Of a DNA stretch of 64,000 nucleotides, positions 26,001 through 43,149 are shown piece after piece. The stretch's first letter is position 1. Each line of letters begins with the position of its first letter. Origin of the DNA: Heptranchias perlo (taxonomy: Eukaryota); contig NC_090354.1 of assembly GCF_035084215.1 (NCBI RefSeq), positions 5,952,001 to 6,016,000 on the forward strand, in the 5' to 3' direction. Below the pieces are notes generated by a model. It saw nothing but the letters and a program-made list of their open reading frames with translations, searched no databases and was not told the DNA's origin. The position numbers were made by a program, and so were the translations under genes.

Positions 26001-28359
26001 AAGATTATTTACTGATCAAATTGTCTTAACGAATTGAAATAGGAAACTAAAAAAACATGCTGCATCTCTTTTAACTTTAATATTACTCTTTTTTTCTTCA
26101 TCCCCACTCTCAAATTTTCCCTATTCTCTCCTAAAGATGCTGGAGTATGGTCCCACAGGTGCTAGGCTCCCTTCTGCACCTTGCTCAAGTAACCACTCTT
26201 CATGCATGAGCCTAAATTTTCCCCGGGTCGCACACCGAGACAGATATCAACTGCGGCTGGAAGACCATCAACTCGGTGAAGAGGCCCTTTGGTCCATCCG
26301 AAACCTGCTGGCCTTCCAGCTGAAGGAACTGTCCATGACCAAGTGTTGTTGACTGACACAGTCCAAGGTTCAGGAGTACTTGCTGCGGGTCTCACTGAAG
26401 TGAGGTGCGACCTACACAAAGGCTTTATGGGGAAAGGCCATCCCACCTTGTATTGTACAGCATGTATTATAAGATATGTACTGTGTTTAAATTGTAATAT
26501 TGGAATCGTATTGTGTACGATCTGTGTTGTATGATTTCGAATTGTATATTTTGAAAGATAAAAAAAGTGTTAACTGGCTATGCCCTTTGGGTGAATCAGA
26601 TAGGCTGATTCTATCTTCACTCTAAGACCACACATACATTCTTTCCAGCAGGTGCCACTGGATAGTGATCAGGAATGGGAAACAATATTGATTTTTTTTT
26701 GCCCGTCCAGCTCAGGGTCACTGAGGCTAATGGTAATATCCTTACTACCATCCTGACTCAGATCAACTAACGCAGCACAGGGCAGGAATCAAACCTGAGA
26801 GCTTCCTAGTGTACGTGACTCAGTTTCACACAAGACAATACACTTAGCAATTGAGCCATCAAGGAAGCTTTTAATATTACCCTAATGTGTTTAATTACAA
26901 CTTGGTGCTGGGGTCAAAAGCACATTGAGCCCGCTAGTTATAGTGCTTTCATTCCACCATAAAGTATATGCAATTGTGTGCTCAATACAGCTTTCATCCC
27001 AGCATAAATCATATGTAATCTAGAAACCAGTTTACAGAACACATTTAGTAGGGGCCGGTTAGCACACTGCATTTGAATCCAGTTTACAGACATGGGATGA
27101 AGGTCTCTCTCTGCTTACTGGAAGGGTCTCATATACAATGAGTTGGACCTGTTCTTTTTAATAACATTTCAAGTGCAATGAATAGAAGTGAAGGAAAATT
27201 ATTAAAATGACTGCTGAGATTTTATGAGAAATTGCGAACCCAAGTCTTCTCAATGGCTCAGAAGGTACAGAAACTGAACAGCTGAGTCATACAAACCAGG
27301 CAAGTTCCAGATTTGATCCTGGTTTGTCCTAAGGTTGGTGGCAAGGAGTGCTACTATGGGCCTCAGCACCTATGAATTAAAACCAGTCAGGATTCTGTCC
27401 ACCAACCCCAGCTGAAAATGTATATGTGTGGACTTTGTGTGAGGATGAGTTTGGACTTGGCTGTGATACCCCCCTCCCCCTCCCCATTGATTGGGCAAAG
27501 TAGTGGAGCAGGCCCATAGCTGTGGAATCATACCTGACAACACCTTTAGGAGAGAATGGAAGAAAAAAGAGAAAATACATAGGGCTTGGAGCAATGGATT
27601 CTAACTCGGCACAGGGCTAACCAAGAGAGAAAGAAAACAAAAGATAGAGAAGCAAAAAGAAAACAGTAATAAAAAAAAAGATAAGACAAGACAGAGGAAG
27701 AAAATAGAAATTGAGCTGAAACACAAAGCAAAGATAAACAGCAGGCAGAGAACAGAAGCAGCAGAAACAAGGGGATAGAAGTAAAAGATTCAAATATAAA
27801 GGTTACATTCTAATCTTGCCCAAATCATTAGACATTACAATTCTGTAGATGCTCCTAATGTAAAGTCTCTCCCCGTTGATAGGAAAATTCCTCCTCTCAA
27901 CAATAAGCAATGAAGCCAAATAAGACAAACCAGTGAAAGGTCAAGAAAATGACCCTGCACTCCTTAATCAAATACTTCCACACCGCGAGTGGGAGGTGTG
28001 ACGGCCGCTACTGTACAGTATTTCACTGTCAAACTAAACCATACAACGATGTTATCCGCATGGCGTGTGGCCAATGCGGACATCATCTCCAGGAGCTTTA
28101 CTGTTACAAAACCGAAGCCCGATACCTGGTTGGTCTTCTTGAGAAGCTTTTGCATTTCCTTGTTTTGGAAGTTTTGCATAGTGTAAGGGTCAGTCTGGCC
28201 GTTGTAAGGCGGAATTACATCGCACCGTTTGGGGTTGGTTTTATGGTATCCTTTGGCGGTGAAGTAGGCGGCCACACCGTCCAAGATGAAACCCTTTTCT
28301 CTTCTGAGTAAGTCATATTCCAGGCAGCAAAGCCCAGGAGGACAGGAAGCACTGTTCAT
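22886..28359 (-). CDS. SPMAP1: Sperm microtubule-associated protein 1 (C17orf98 orthologue), 3 exons, 492 nt, 163 aa
   Basis: complement(join(22886..23043,25895..25994,28126..28359)). Motifs EKGFILDGVA, IPPYN, DHGGT..GW.VDY, NG.FG.RRN.P.LRQ and FGEVT match recalled C17orf98. Syntenic between CWC25 and RPL23. Confidence 0.93.
25895..25994 (-). CDS. SPMAP1: SPMAP1/C17orf98 exon 2
   Basis: tgttag|DHGGTSTNGWLVDYFYKHGPAQRYLSKRNAYGA|gtaggt, 100 nt. Confidence 0.93.
28126..28359 (-). CDS. SPMAP1: SPMAP1/C17orf98 exon 1
   Basis: MNSASCPPGLCCLEYDLLRREKGFILDGVAAYF...VIPPYNGQTDPY...LLKKTNQ|gtatcg; start codon taken as the first ATG of the ORF. Confidence 0.9.
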
Positions 28360-28475
28360 GGTTACAGTGCCAGTTCACCTATGGCCCCAACCTAAACACA
28401 CGTGTAATTTACCCAACTCAGCAACTATCACAGTGTCACAGGGCTCACTGTTGCGTTTACATTGTACAATATAAA

Positions 28476-28490
28476 GTTACCTTAGGCGAC
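28476..28490 (-). promoter_or_regulatory. RFX X-box in the SPMAP1 proximal promoter
   Basis: GTCGCC-TAA-GGTAAC matches GTNRCC(N0-3)RGYAAC exactly, about 117 nt upstream of the ATG. Confidence 0.7.
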
Positions 28491-28859
28491 ATTTTTTCAA
28501 CCCTGACAATCTCTGTGCAGATGAAATAACAATATCTCCGCAATTCTCAGTTTAACATTTATTGCAAGCGGGTAGCTAGCGTTAGCTTGTATTTTTTTAG
28601 GTTTCACGGTCTCTACTGTGATTTGCTTTTCAATCCAACACAGATGCATATTATACGGCTGCACAAAAAGTTCAGCAGCGCCCAGAGTAGAAAGGGGCTA
28701 GCAAGTACCTCCCAAATGAGGAACTGGTGTCCATGCGGAGAGGGAGGGAGGGAGGGGGAATGATTAAAATGTGCGACCGTCCGAAGGCACATTATTTTGT
28801 TCGAAGTCACAGGATGTACTGCACTGTTTACAAAGTTAATTATCCATAATTCTTCAAGC

Positions 28860-29780
28860 TGTGCTAGGATACTCGAACAAGGGGACTTAAGTTATAAGTG
28901 GTGAAAGGAAAAATTTAGGACCGACCTCACCAAGAACTTGTTCAGGCAAAGAGTAACACTTGGAATGGTCTCCCTGCTAGAATGATGGAGGCAAAAGCCT
29001 TGATTCTCAGGATAATGATGGTCAAGGAAAGCCATTTGTCTCAAATTAGTTCATAAGTCTGGAAGCCCCCTACAGTCCTCCCCCACTGTAGCATCCAGTT
29101 GTTTGTTAAGTGCATCCAGGAGTTTTGCCTCCACTTCTCGACTGGGAAGGTCATTGCATCAGTTGATCACTCTGTGTGAAGGACTTCCTGAGATCAGGCA
29201 TGACGTTTTTTGACTAGGTTGAACCATTCTTACGACTTAATAGTGGTCCAGATTTACCTTTGCCGTTTCTCTTTAAGATGATGCTGAGAATGTGAACTCG
29301 CTACCACGTGGAGTGGTTGAGGGGGAATAGCATAGATGCATTTAAGGGAAAGCTAGATAAATACAGAAGGGAGAAAAGAATAGAAGGATATGTGGATAGG
29401 GTGAGATGATGGTGAATGGAGGCTTGTGTGGAGCATAAACACCAGCATAGACCTATTGGTCCAAATGACCTGTTTTCTGTGCTGTAAAATTCTGTAATTT
29501 CTCACACACCTCCTTTCAAGGTTGAAAAGCCCAAGTCTATCCCAGCTTTTCTTAAAACTCAGACCCGACACCAGGAATCAGCCTTGTGGCTCGTCTCTGT
29601 ACTGTCTCCAGTGCTTGAATGTCTCTCTTGTGTCTCAGTGATCGGAACTGGATTCAGTACTCAAGATACAGCCTGTCCAGAGAGAACGAGTTTGATCCCA
29701 ACTTCCATTCAACGGTTTTGGTTGAGTAATTTTACATTTGCTTTGTTAATCACCGTGTTGCAGTGGTTGGACAGGAATTT
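28860..29780. mobile_element. Cluster of old CR1-like fragments with a younger CR1 tail (about 29285-29500) nested inside
   Basis: WDRLGLFNLERRC remnant on the minus strand; CR1 3'UTR on the plus strand. Confidence 0.6.
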
Positions 29781-32508
29781 CCTCTGTGGCCACAACCCCG
29801 AAGTTAGACTGGAACATTTTGCCAATGTCAAGTTACACCCAAGTATCCTCTCAATCTCATTAGAATACACCCAAACATAAAAATGAGCGTGAATCAGCAC
29901 AAACAATCAGAGCCCAAAGAAACACCAAACCCACACCATTCTAAGACTCAAAGAAGAAATAAAAGGTTCAACTCATTTAACCACCATTCATGCACATCAG
30001 GCACACCGTGATTAAGAACCTGCAATCAGGGAAGCTATTCAATTTTTAATGAATATGCCAGACAAATTCATTAAAAGAAACAGAAAATACAGAGCAGGTC
30101 TCATTGAGGATAAACAAGCTCAAAAAAAATTGCAATTAAAGGGCCAGAAATATTACTGTTGCCTGCTGCACCTGAACATCTGGTCACAACGTTGAGACCC
30201 ATCTGAACAAGCACAATTGGAGGATACTCACATTTGAGTCATGACTGCGGCCAGTTTTGTGGATGGAGAGTTTGATGGACGGATGTAATGATCAAGGAGA
30301 CTTGGGCGGTCTTTTAAGCCACATAATTTGTTTGTGCCCAGATTACAGGGGTAATGCAGAGGAAACTCAGATCTTTAGTCTTGAGTCTAAGACTCCTGGT
30401 TCACTGTCCACTTCATTCTTAGCCATTTTAACACCGTTCATAGAGTGAGTGTTGCCTATTTATCAATGCTGCATACAGTATTGCATTTGGCTGACTTAAA
30501 TTTTATCTGTCATTTTTCTACCCACATACTTACTTTGCTCAACTCATTAATTTCTGAGCTATCTGCTACCCCTCCCACTTTAGTATCAGCAACTCTACAT
30601 TCATTTGCTCTCAAATAATTTGGATGCAATGAAGCAAGTGTAGGTCTTTAGTTTGGATGGATGAGCAGACTAAATGGCCTCTCATCTGTATCAATCTTGT
30701 AACTTTTTAGCATCAAAAATAGTTTCTCCTCCCATCAAAACAGTATTTTATCAAAATATTCAAATAGTGCCCAGTGCACACGTTGGACTTAGGTTGTGAT
30801 GTTTTCCATTCCTCACAGAAGTTGTTATGAAGGAACTACATCTTACAGTGAAGGGTTTAGCTTAACTGGAAGTAATGGGAAAATGCTCTGTGGTAATCTA
30901 TTTAAGTTTAAAAGATCTACAATTAATATCTTTCAGTGTATAACACTGCACTTCTCAAACACATCTCAAGTCACTGAACACTACCATGAAGAACTAAGAA
31001 CCACATGTCTAAATATATATATCTAAAATTTACATTTATAATATAAAAATTAAGCATTTTCAAATCTTACAATTCAAGGAGCACTATTTAAATATTCAGG
31101 ATTTTGAATATTCAACATTGGCTTTAATAACTGGCAGTCAAAATCTCACCAGCTTGGGGAATTAAGGATTTAATGTTACCTGTGCCTTTAAAAGTACATA
31201 TTACCTCAATACATGGGATTTTTTTTGACAAGGGCTCTCAAGAGTTTGCCACCTCACTCCATGAAGCCATTCTTTATGCGTGAGGCTAATGATGTTGGCA
31301 GATCATTCAACTGATCAGTCGAGCCTGATCCTGCCCTCATTGACTTTCACACATTTCCAGCAGCTAGATCTAGGCTGATCTTTCTTTTCCCTCTTCCAAC
31401 CCCAGGGGCACCCCAGGCAAATTGCAACACTCAATTGCTGCCCCAGCCGATGTGAAATTATCAATGATAAAGCAACCATAAAAAGAAAAATCACATTTTT
31501 AAAATCTCTCACTTGGTCGTAGACAAATAAGAGCCAAGCATCCCACGAGGTTAAGACCATACCATGTTTCTGTGCCCTATCCCACCAAAATATACTACCA
31601 GTTTTGACTTGTCTCTGGGATGTTGGAGCACTGAGGTGGAGTTGAAGAGCACCGAGGCAGGCATTCTTAATCAGGGCTATCACGAAAAGGTGGGACTATT
31701 TGGATAACTCTTTCAAAGAGCCGGTACAGACACAATGGGCCAAATGGTCTCCTTCTGTACTGTAAGATTCCATGATCTAACTCCTTCCCCCATCACCAAA
31801 CCCAGCTGGCATTCATAATTGTCAGGATGTAAGCACTCTTTAATTCATACTACCAGATCTCCAGGTCACCCATAAGTAATACCACTGAAGCAAAGAGCAG
31901 AAAACAATGGGGGGGATGGTGGCAGAACAGTGCGACGAGGAAGGACAGCAAGTACAGCAAAACATGGGGGTGGGGGAAAAAAAAGAGCCAGAAGCAAAGC
32001 CTAGCAGAAGATATGCAGTGAGGAACAGAAGGTTAAAAAAAAAATCAAAATCATCAGAGATGTAGGGACTTACCCGGTGGGACAGAATTGAGGAGCAGTG
32101 TAAAAAAACCTGTCAAATTTTGTCAGAGGCTTATTAATGAGGCTGGACTATCAGCCCATTGTAGATTTGTGTAGCATTAAGATTCTTTTCGGAGACAAAA
32201 ACATTTCACTCGGGCCATGGTGTTCTGACCCGACTGATGCTATTGTTAATCAGTCAACAGCTTGCTTTGCCAGTGTTATTTATTAGGGAGGGGGAAGTTA
32301 GTGAACGCACCCATTCACTTCATCTAGAAAAGGCACACTGTTGATATTAAATTGCAAGACTGAGTGAAGAATACATTAAATATGAATTGTTTATTTACAA
32401 ACACAGGGATGGCAAACTGTATCTTTAATTACAGAATATGCTACAGATAAATTCAGGACATGATCAAAAGAAATCAGCGACTGCTTGTATTTCTGGGAGT
32501 AAAAAGTA

Positions 32509-32514
32509 TTTATT
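32509..32514 (-). terminator. RPL23 polyadenylation signal AATAAA
   Basis: AATAAA 40 nt after the stop codon, typical of the short 3'UTRs of ribosomal protein genes. A second AATAAA lies at 32390-32395. Confidence 0.8.
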
Positions 32515-32554
32515 GAATTGTATTGGTTTTCTTTGCAGGAAATTTTTATAACTC

Positions 32555-39014
<6,460 letters not shown>

Positions 39015-39022
39015 TGTGGTTC

Positions 39023-39140
39023 AAGGAAAGAGGCCGAGCGCATTGAATTATGGGATATATCGGCGTCGCACGTTACGTGGAATGACGCAATCGCGCACCT
39101 TGCGTGAAGCCGGGGAGGTACTCTCGCCCGTATCACGTGG
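39023..39140 (-). promoter_or_regulatory. RPL23 core promoter with TCT/5'TOP initiator
   Basis: CCTCTTTCCTT pyrimidine tract (39023-39033) just before the ATG. ATATAT about 25 nt upstream. CpG-rich, with E-box CACGTG and TGACGCAA. Confidence 0.8.
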
Positions 39141-39352
39141 CAAGGATCAAGGATTGAATTAGGGGCAAGTACGAAGGAGCAGCAGCTGAAGGATTTCATC
39201 AGTAGCGCGCCCTGCGGGTTACATTGTTTATTGCAACTAAAACAAATACGCGGAGTATTTGCCTGCAGTTAAACTTCCAATTCCTGTTGGTGCCTCACCA
39301 AAAAGGGCAGCAATCAATTCAGGGATCAGATCACAGTTTGAAATCTGCTATC

Positions 39353-39479
39353 TTTTTTTTTTATTCGTTCACGGGATGTGGGCGTCGCTGGCAAGGCCGG
39401 CATTTATTGCCCATCCCTAATTGCCCTCGAGAAGGTGGTGCTGAGCCGCCTTCTTGAACCGCTGCAGCCCGTGTGGTGA
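39353..39479 (-). mobile_element. 5'-truncated inverted copy of the same element's 3' end with poly(A)
   Basis: Reverse complement of 42651-42776 with about 6-7 differences; T-run at 39353-39362. Confidence 0.92.
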
Positions 39480-42400
39480 GGTACGGTAGCATAGTGGTTA
39501 TGTTACTGGGCTAGTAATCCAGAGGCCTGGACTAAAAAAATCCAGAGTCATGAGTTCAAATCCCACCACGGCAGCTGGCGAATTTAAATTCAATTAATTA
39601 ATTAAATTCAATTAATTAAATAAAAATCTGGAATTAAAATACTAGTACCAGTGATGAAGCTACCGGATTGTCGTACAAACCCATCTGGTTCACTAATGCC
39701 CTTTAGGGAAGGAAACCTGCCGTCCTTACCCGGTCTGGCCTATATGTGACTTCAGACCCACAGCAATGTGGTTGATTCTTAATTGCCCTCTGAAATGGCC
39801 GAGCAAGCCACTCAGTTGTAAAATCTCGCTACGAAAAGTCATAATAAGAATAAAACCGGACGGACCACCCGGCATCGGACACAACAACGGCAAAACACCA
39901 AGCCCAGTCGACCCTGCAAGGTCCTCCTGACTAACATCTGGGGACTTGTGCCAAAATTGGGAGAGCTGTCCCACAGACTAGTCAAGCAACAGCCTGACAT
40001 AGCCATACTTACAGAATCATATCTTTCAGCCAACGTCCCAGACTCTTCCATCACCATCCCTGGGTATGTCCTGTCCCACCGGCAGGACAGACCCACCAGA
40101 GGTGGCGGTACAGTGATAGACAGTCAGGAGGGAGTGGCCCTGGGAGTCCTCAACATTGACTCTGGACCCCATGAAATCTCATGGCATCAGGTCAAACATG
40201 GGCAAGGCAACCTCCTGCTGATTACCACCTACCGTCCTCCCTCAGCTGATGAATCAGTCCTCCTCCATGTTGAGCACCACTTGGAGGAAGCACTGAGGGT
40301 AGCAAGGGCACAAAATGTACTCTGGGTGGGGGACTTCAATGTCCATCACCAAGAGTGGCTCGGTAGCACCACTACTGACCGAGCTGGCCGAGTCCTGAAG
40401 GACATAGCTGCTAGACTGGGCCTGCGGCAGGTGGTGAGCGAACCAACACGAGGGAAAAACTTACTTGACCTTGTCCTCACCAATCTCCCTGTCGCAAATG
40501 CATCTGTCCATGACAGTATTGGTAGGAGTGACCACCGCACAGTCCTCGTGGAGATGAAGTCCCGTCTTCGCACTGAGGACACCATCCAACGTGTTGTGTG
40601 GCACTACCACCGTGCTAAATGGGATAGATTCAGAACGGATCTAGCAGCTCAAAATTGGGCATCCATGAGGCGCTGTGGGCCATCAGCAGCAGCAGAATTG
40701 TATTCCACCACAATCTGCAACCTCATGGCCCGGCATATTCCTCACTCTACCATTACCAACAAGCCAGGGGATCAACCCTGGTTCAATGAGGAGTGTAGAA
40801 GAGCATGCCAGGAGCAGCACCAGGCGTACCTAAAAATGAGGTACCAACCTGGTGAAGCTACAACTCAGGACTACATGCATGCTAAACAGCGGAAGCAACA
40901 TGCTATAGACAGAGCTAAGCGATTCCACAACCAACGGATCAGATCAAAGTTCTGCAGTCGTGAATGGTGGTGGACAATTAAACAACTAACGGGAGGAGGA
41001 GGCTCTGCAAACATCCCCATTCTCAATGATGGCGGAGTCCAGCACGTGAGTGAAAAAGACAAGGCTGAAGCGTTTGCAACCATCTTCAGCCAGAAGTGCC
41101 GAGTGGATGATCCATCTCAGCCTCCTCCCGATATCCCCACCATCACGGAAGCCAGTCTTCGGCCAATTCGATTCACTCCACGTGATATCAAGAAACGGCT
41201 GAGTGCACTGGATACAGCAAAGGCTATGATCCCCGACAACATCCCAGCTGTAGTGCTGAAGACTTGTGCTCCAGAACTAGCTGCGCCTCTAGCCAAGCTG
41301 TTCCAGTACAGCTACAACACTGGCATCCACCCGACAATGTGGAAAATTGCCCAGGTATGTCCTGTCCACAAAAAGCAGGACAAATCCAATCCGGCCAATT
41401 ACCGCCCCTTCAGTCTACTCTCAATCATCAGTAAAGTGATGGAAGGTGTCGTCGACAGTGCGATCAAGCGGCACTTACTCACCAATAACCTGCTCACCGA
41501 TGCTCAGTTTGGGTTCCGCCAGGACCACTCGGCTCCAGACCTCATTACAGCCTTGGTCCAAACATGGACAAAAGAGCTGAATTCCAGAGGTGAGGTGAGA
41601 GTGACTGCCCTTGACATCAAGGCAGCATTTGACCGAGTGTGGCACCAAGGAGCCCTAGTAAAATTGAAGTCAATGGGAATCAGGGGGAAAACTCTCCAGT
41701 GGCTGGAGTCATACCTAGCACAAAGGAAGATGGTAGTGGTTGTTGGAGGCCAATCATCTCAGCCCCAGGGCATTGCTGCAGGAATTCCTCAGGGCAGTGT
41801 CCTAGGCCCAACCATCTTCAGCTGCTTCATCAATGACCTTCCCTCCATCATAAGGTCAGAAATGGGGATGTTCGCTGATGACTGCACAGTGTTCAGTTCC
41901 ATTCGCAACCCCTCAGATAATGAAGCAGTCCGAGCCCGCATGCAGCAAGACCTGGACAACATCCAGGCTTGGGCTCATAAGTGGCAAGTAACATTCGCGC
42001 CAGATAAGTGCCAGGCAATGACCATCTCCAACAAGAGAAAGTCTAACCACCTCCCCTTGACATTCAACGGCATTACCATCGCCGAATCCCCCACCATCAA
42101 CATCCTGGGGGTCACCATTGACCAGAAACTGAACTGGACCAGCCATATAAATACTGTGGCTACGAGAGCAGGTCAGAGGCTGGGTGTTCTGAGGCGAGTG
42201 ACTCACCTCCTGACTCCCCAAAGCCTTTCCACCATCTACAAGGCACAAGTCAGGAGTGTGATGGAATACTCTCCACTTGCCTGGATGAGTGCAGCTCCAA
42301 CAACACTCAAGAAGCTCGACACCATCCAAGATAAAGCAGCCCGCTTGATTGGCACCCCATCCACCACCCTAAACATTCACTCCCTTCACCACCGGCGCAC

Positions 42401-42776
42401 TGTGGCTGCAGTGTGTACCATTCACAGGATGCACTGCAGCAACTCGCCAAGGCTTCTTCGACAGCACCTCCCAAACCCGCGACCTCTCCCACCTAGAAGG
42501 ACAAGAGCAGCAGGCACATGGGAACAACACCACCTGCACGTTCCCCTCCAAGTCACACACCATCCCGACTTGGAAATACATCACCGTTCCTTCATCGTCG
42601 CTGGGTCAAAATCCTGGAACTCCCTTCCTAACAGCACTGTGGGAGAACCGTCACCACACGGACTGCAGCGGTTCAAGAAGGCGGCTCACCACCACCTTCT
42701 CGAGGGCAATTAGGGATGGGCAATAAATGCTGGCCTCGCAACGACGCCCACATCCCGTGAACGAATTTAAAAAAAA
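39480..42776 (+). mobile_element. Near full-length non-LTR retrotransposon (CR1/L2-group-like) with tRNA-derived 5' head, single EN+RT ORF and poly(A) tail
   Basis: A box TAGCATAGTGG 39487-39497 and B box GTTCAAATC 39554-39562. Long ORF ends at 42713. AATAAA at 42722 and A-tail to 42776. Confidence 0.93.
39822..42713 (+). CDS. Retrotransposon ORF2: APE endonuclease + reverse transcriptase (open frame; ORF track starts it at GTG 39948, 921 aa)
   Basis: EN motifs TNIWGL, LTESYL, YRPP, GDFN, LDLVLT, SDH. RT motifs NYRP.SLLS, QFGFR, ALDIKAAFDRVWH, GIPQGSVLGP, FADD, ILGV. No stop between 39822 and 42711. Confidence 0.93.
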   Translation, partial: NLATKSHNKNKTGRTTRHRTQQRQNTKPSRPCKVLLTNIWGLVPKLGELSHRLVKQQPDIAILTESYLSANVPDSSITIPGYVLSHRQDRPTRGGGTVIDSQEGVALGVLNIDSGPHEISWHQVKHGQGNLLLITTYRPPSADESVLLHVEHHLEEALRVARAQNVLWVGDFNVHHQEWLGSTTTDRAGRVLKDIAARLGLRQVVSEPTRGKNLLDLVLTNLPVANASVHDSIGRSDHRTVLVEMKSRLRTEDTIQRVVWHYHRAKWDRFRTDLAAQNWASMRRCGPSAAAELYSTTICNLMARHIPHSTITNKPGDQPWFNEECRRACQEQHQAYLKMRYQPGEATTQDYMHAKQRKQHAIDRAKRFHNQRIRSKFCSREWWWTIKQLTGGGGSANIPILNDGGVQHVSEKDKAEAFATIFSQKCRVDDPSQPPPDIPTITEASLRPIRFTPRDIKKRLSALDTAKAMIPDNIPAVVLKTCAPELAAPLAKLFQYSYNTGIHPTMWKIAQVCPVHKKQDKSNPANYRPFSLLSIISKVMEGVVDSAIKRHLLTNNLLTDAQFGFRQDHSAPDLITALVQTWTKELNSRGEVRVTALDIKAAFDRVWHQGALVKLKSMGIRGKTLQWLESYLAQRKMVVVVGGQSSQPQGIAAGIPQGSVLGPTIFSCFINDLPSIIRSEMGMFADDCTVFSSIRNPSDNEAVRARMQQDLDNIQAWAHKWQVTFAPDKCQAMTISNKRKSNHLPLTFNGITIAESPTINILGVTIDQKLNWTSHINTVATRAGQRLGVLRRVTHLLTPQSLSTIYKAQVRSVMEYSPLAWMSAAPTTLKKLDTIQDKAARLIGTPSTTLNIHSLHHRRTVAAVCTIHRMHCSNSPRLLRQHLPNPRPLPPRRTRAAGTWEQHHLHVPLQVTHHPDLEIHHRSFIVAGSKSWNSLPNSTVGEPSPHGLQRFKKAAHHHLLEGN

Positions 42777-42811
42777 GGTTCTCCCTGATTAATGTCCCAG
42801 CTCACAAAGCT

Positions 42812-42910
42812 CCAAATTTATTGAATTCAATTTCAGAACTTACCGTGGTGGGATTTGAACTTGTGACCTCTAGATTGCTAGTCCAGTACCATAACCACTA
42901 GGCCACCATG
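42812..42910 (-). mobile_element. tRNA-derived head of a related SINE/LINE, opposite orientation
   Basis: TGGCCTAGTGGTTATGGTACTGGACTAGCAATCTAGAGGTCACAAGTTCAAATCCCACCACGG, similar to 39483-39571. Confidence 0.8.
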
Positions 42911-43149
42911 TCCCTAAAATAAGAAAAATAAAACCTTACATCTTTCAATAAAAGAGAGAGTATCATGCAGTTTATTTAAAATAACTGCTGAAATGGGATT
43001 TGGGGATTCTCAATTCTACATCAGGGAGATTTAATACAGGGTCCTCTGTACCCATTAAAAGAACAAAACAATAAAGTAGGACTTGTGTTAATGATTTAAC
43101 CAACGCAAACTTTGCATGGACTTCCTAAGGACTCATCTTGGAGGAAATT

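Noticed and set aside
39480-39575. Functional tRNA-Thr gene
   Set aside because: Duplicated arm, poor acceptor stem, no T4 terminator and contiguous with a retroelement. It is a tRNA-derived head.
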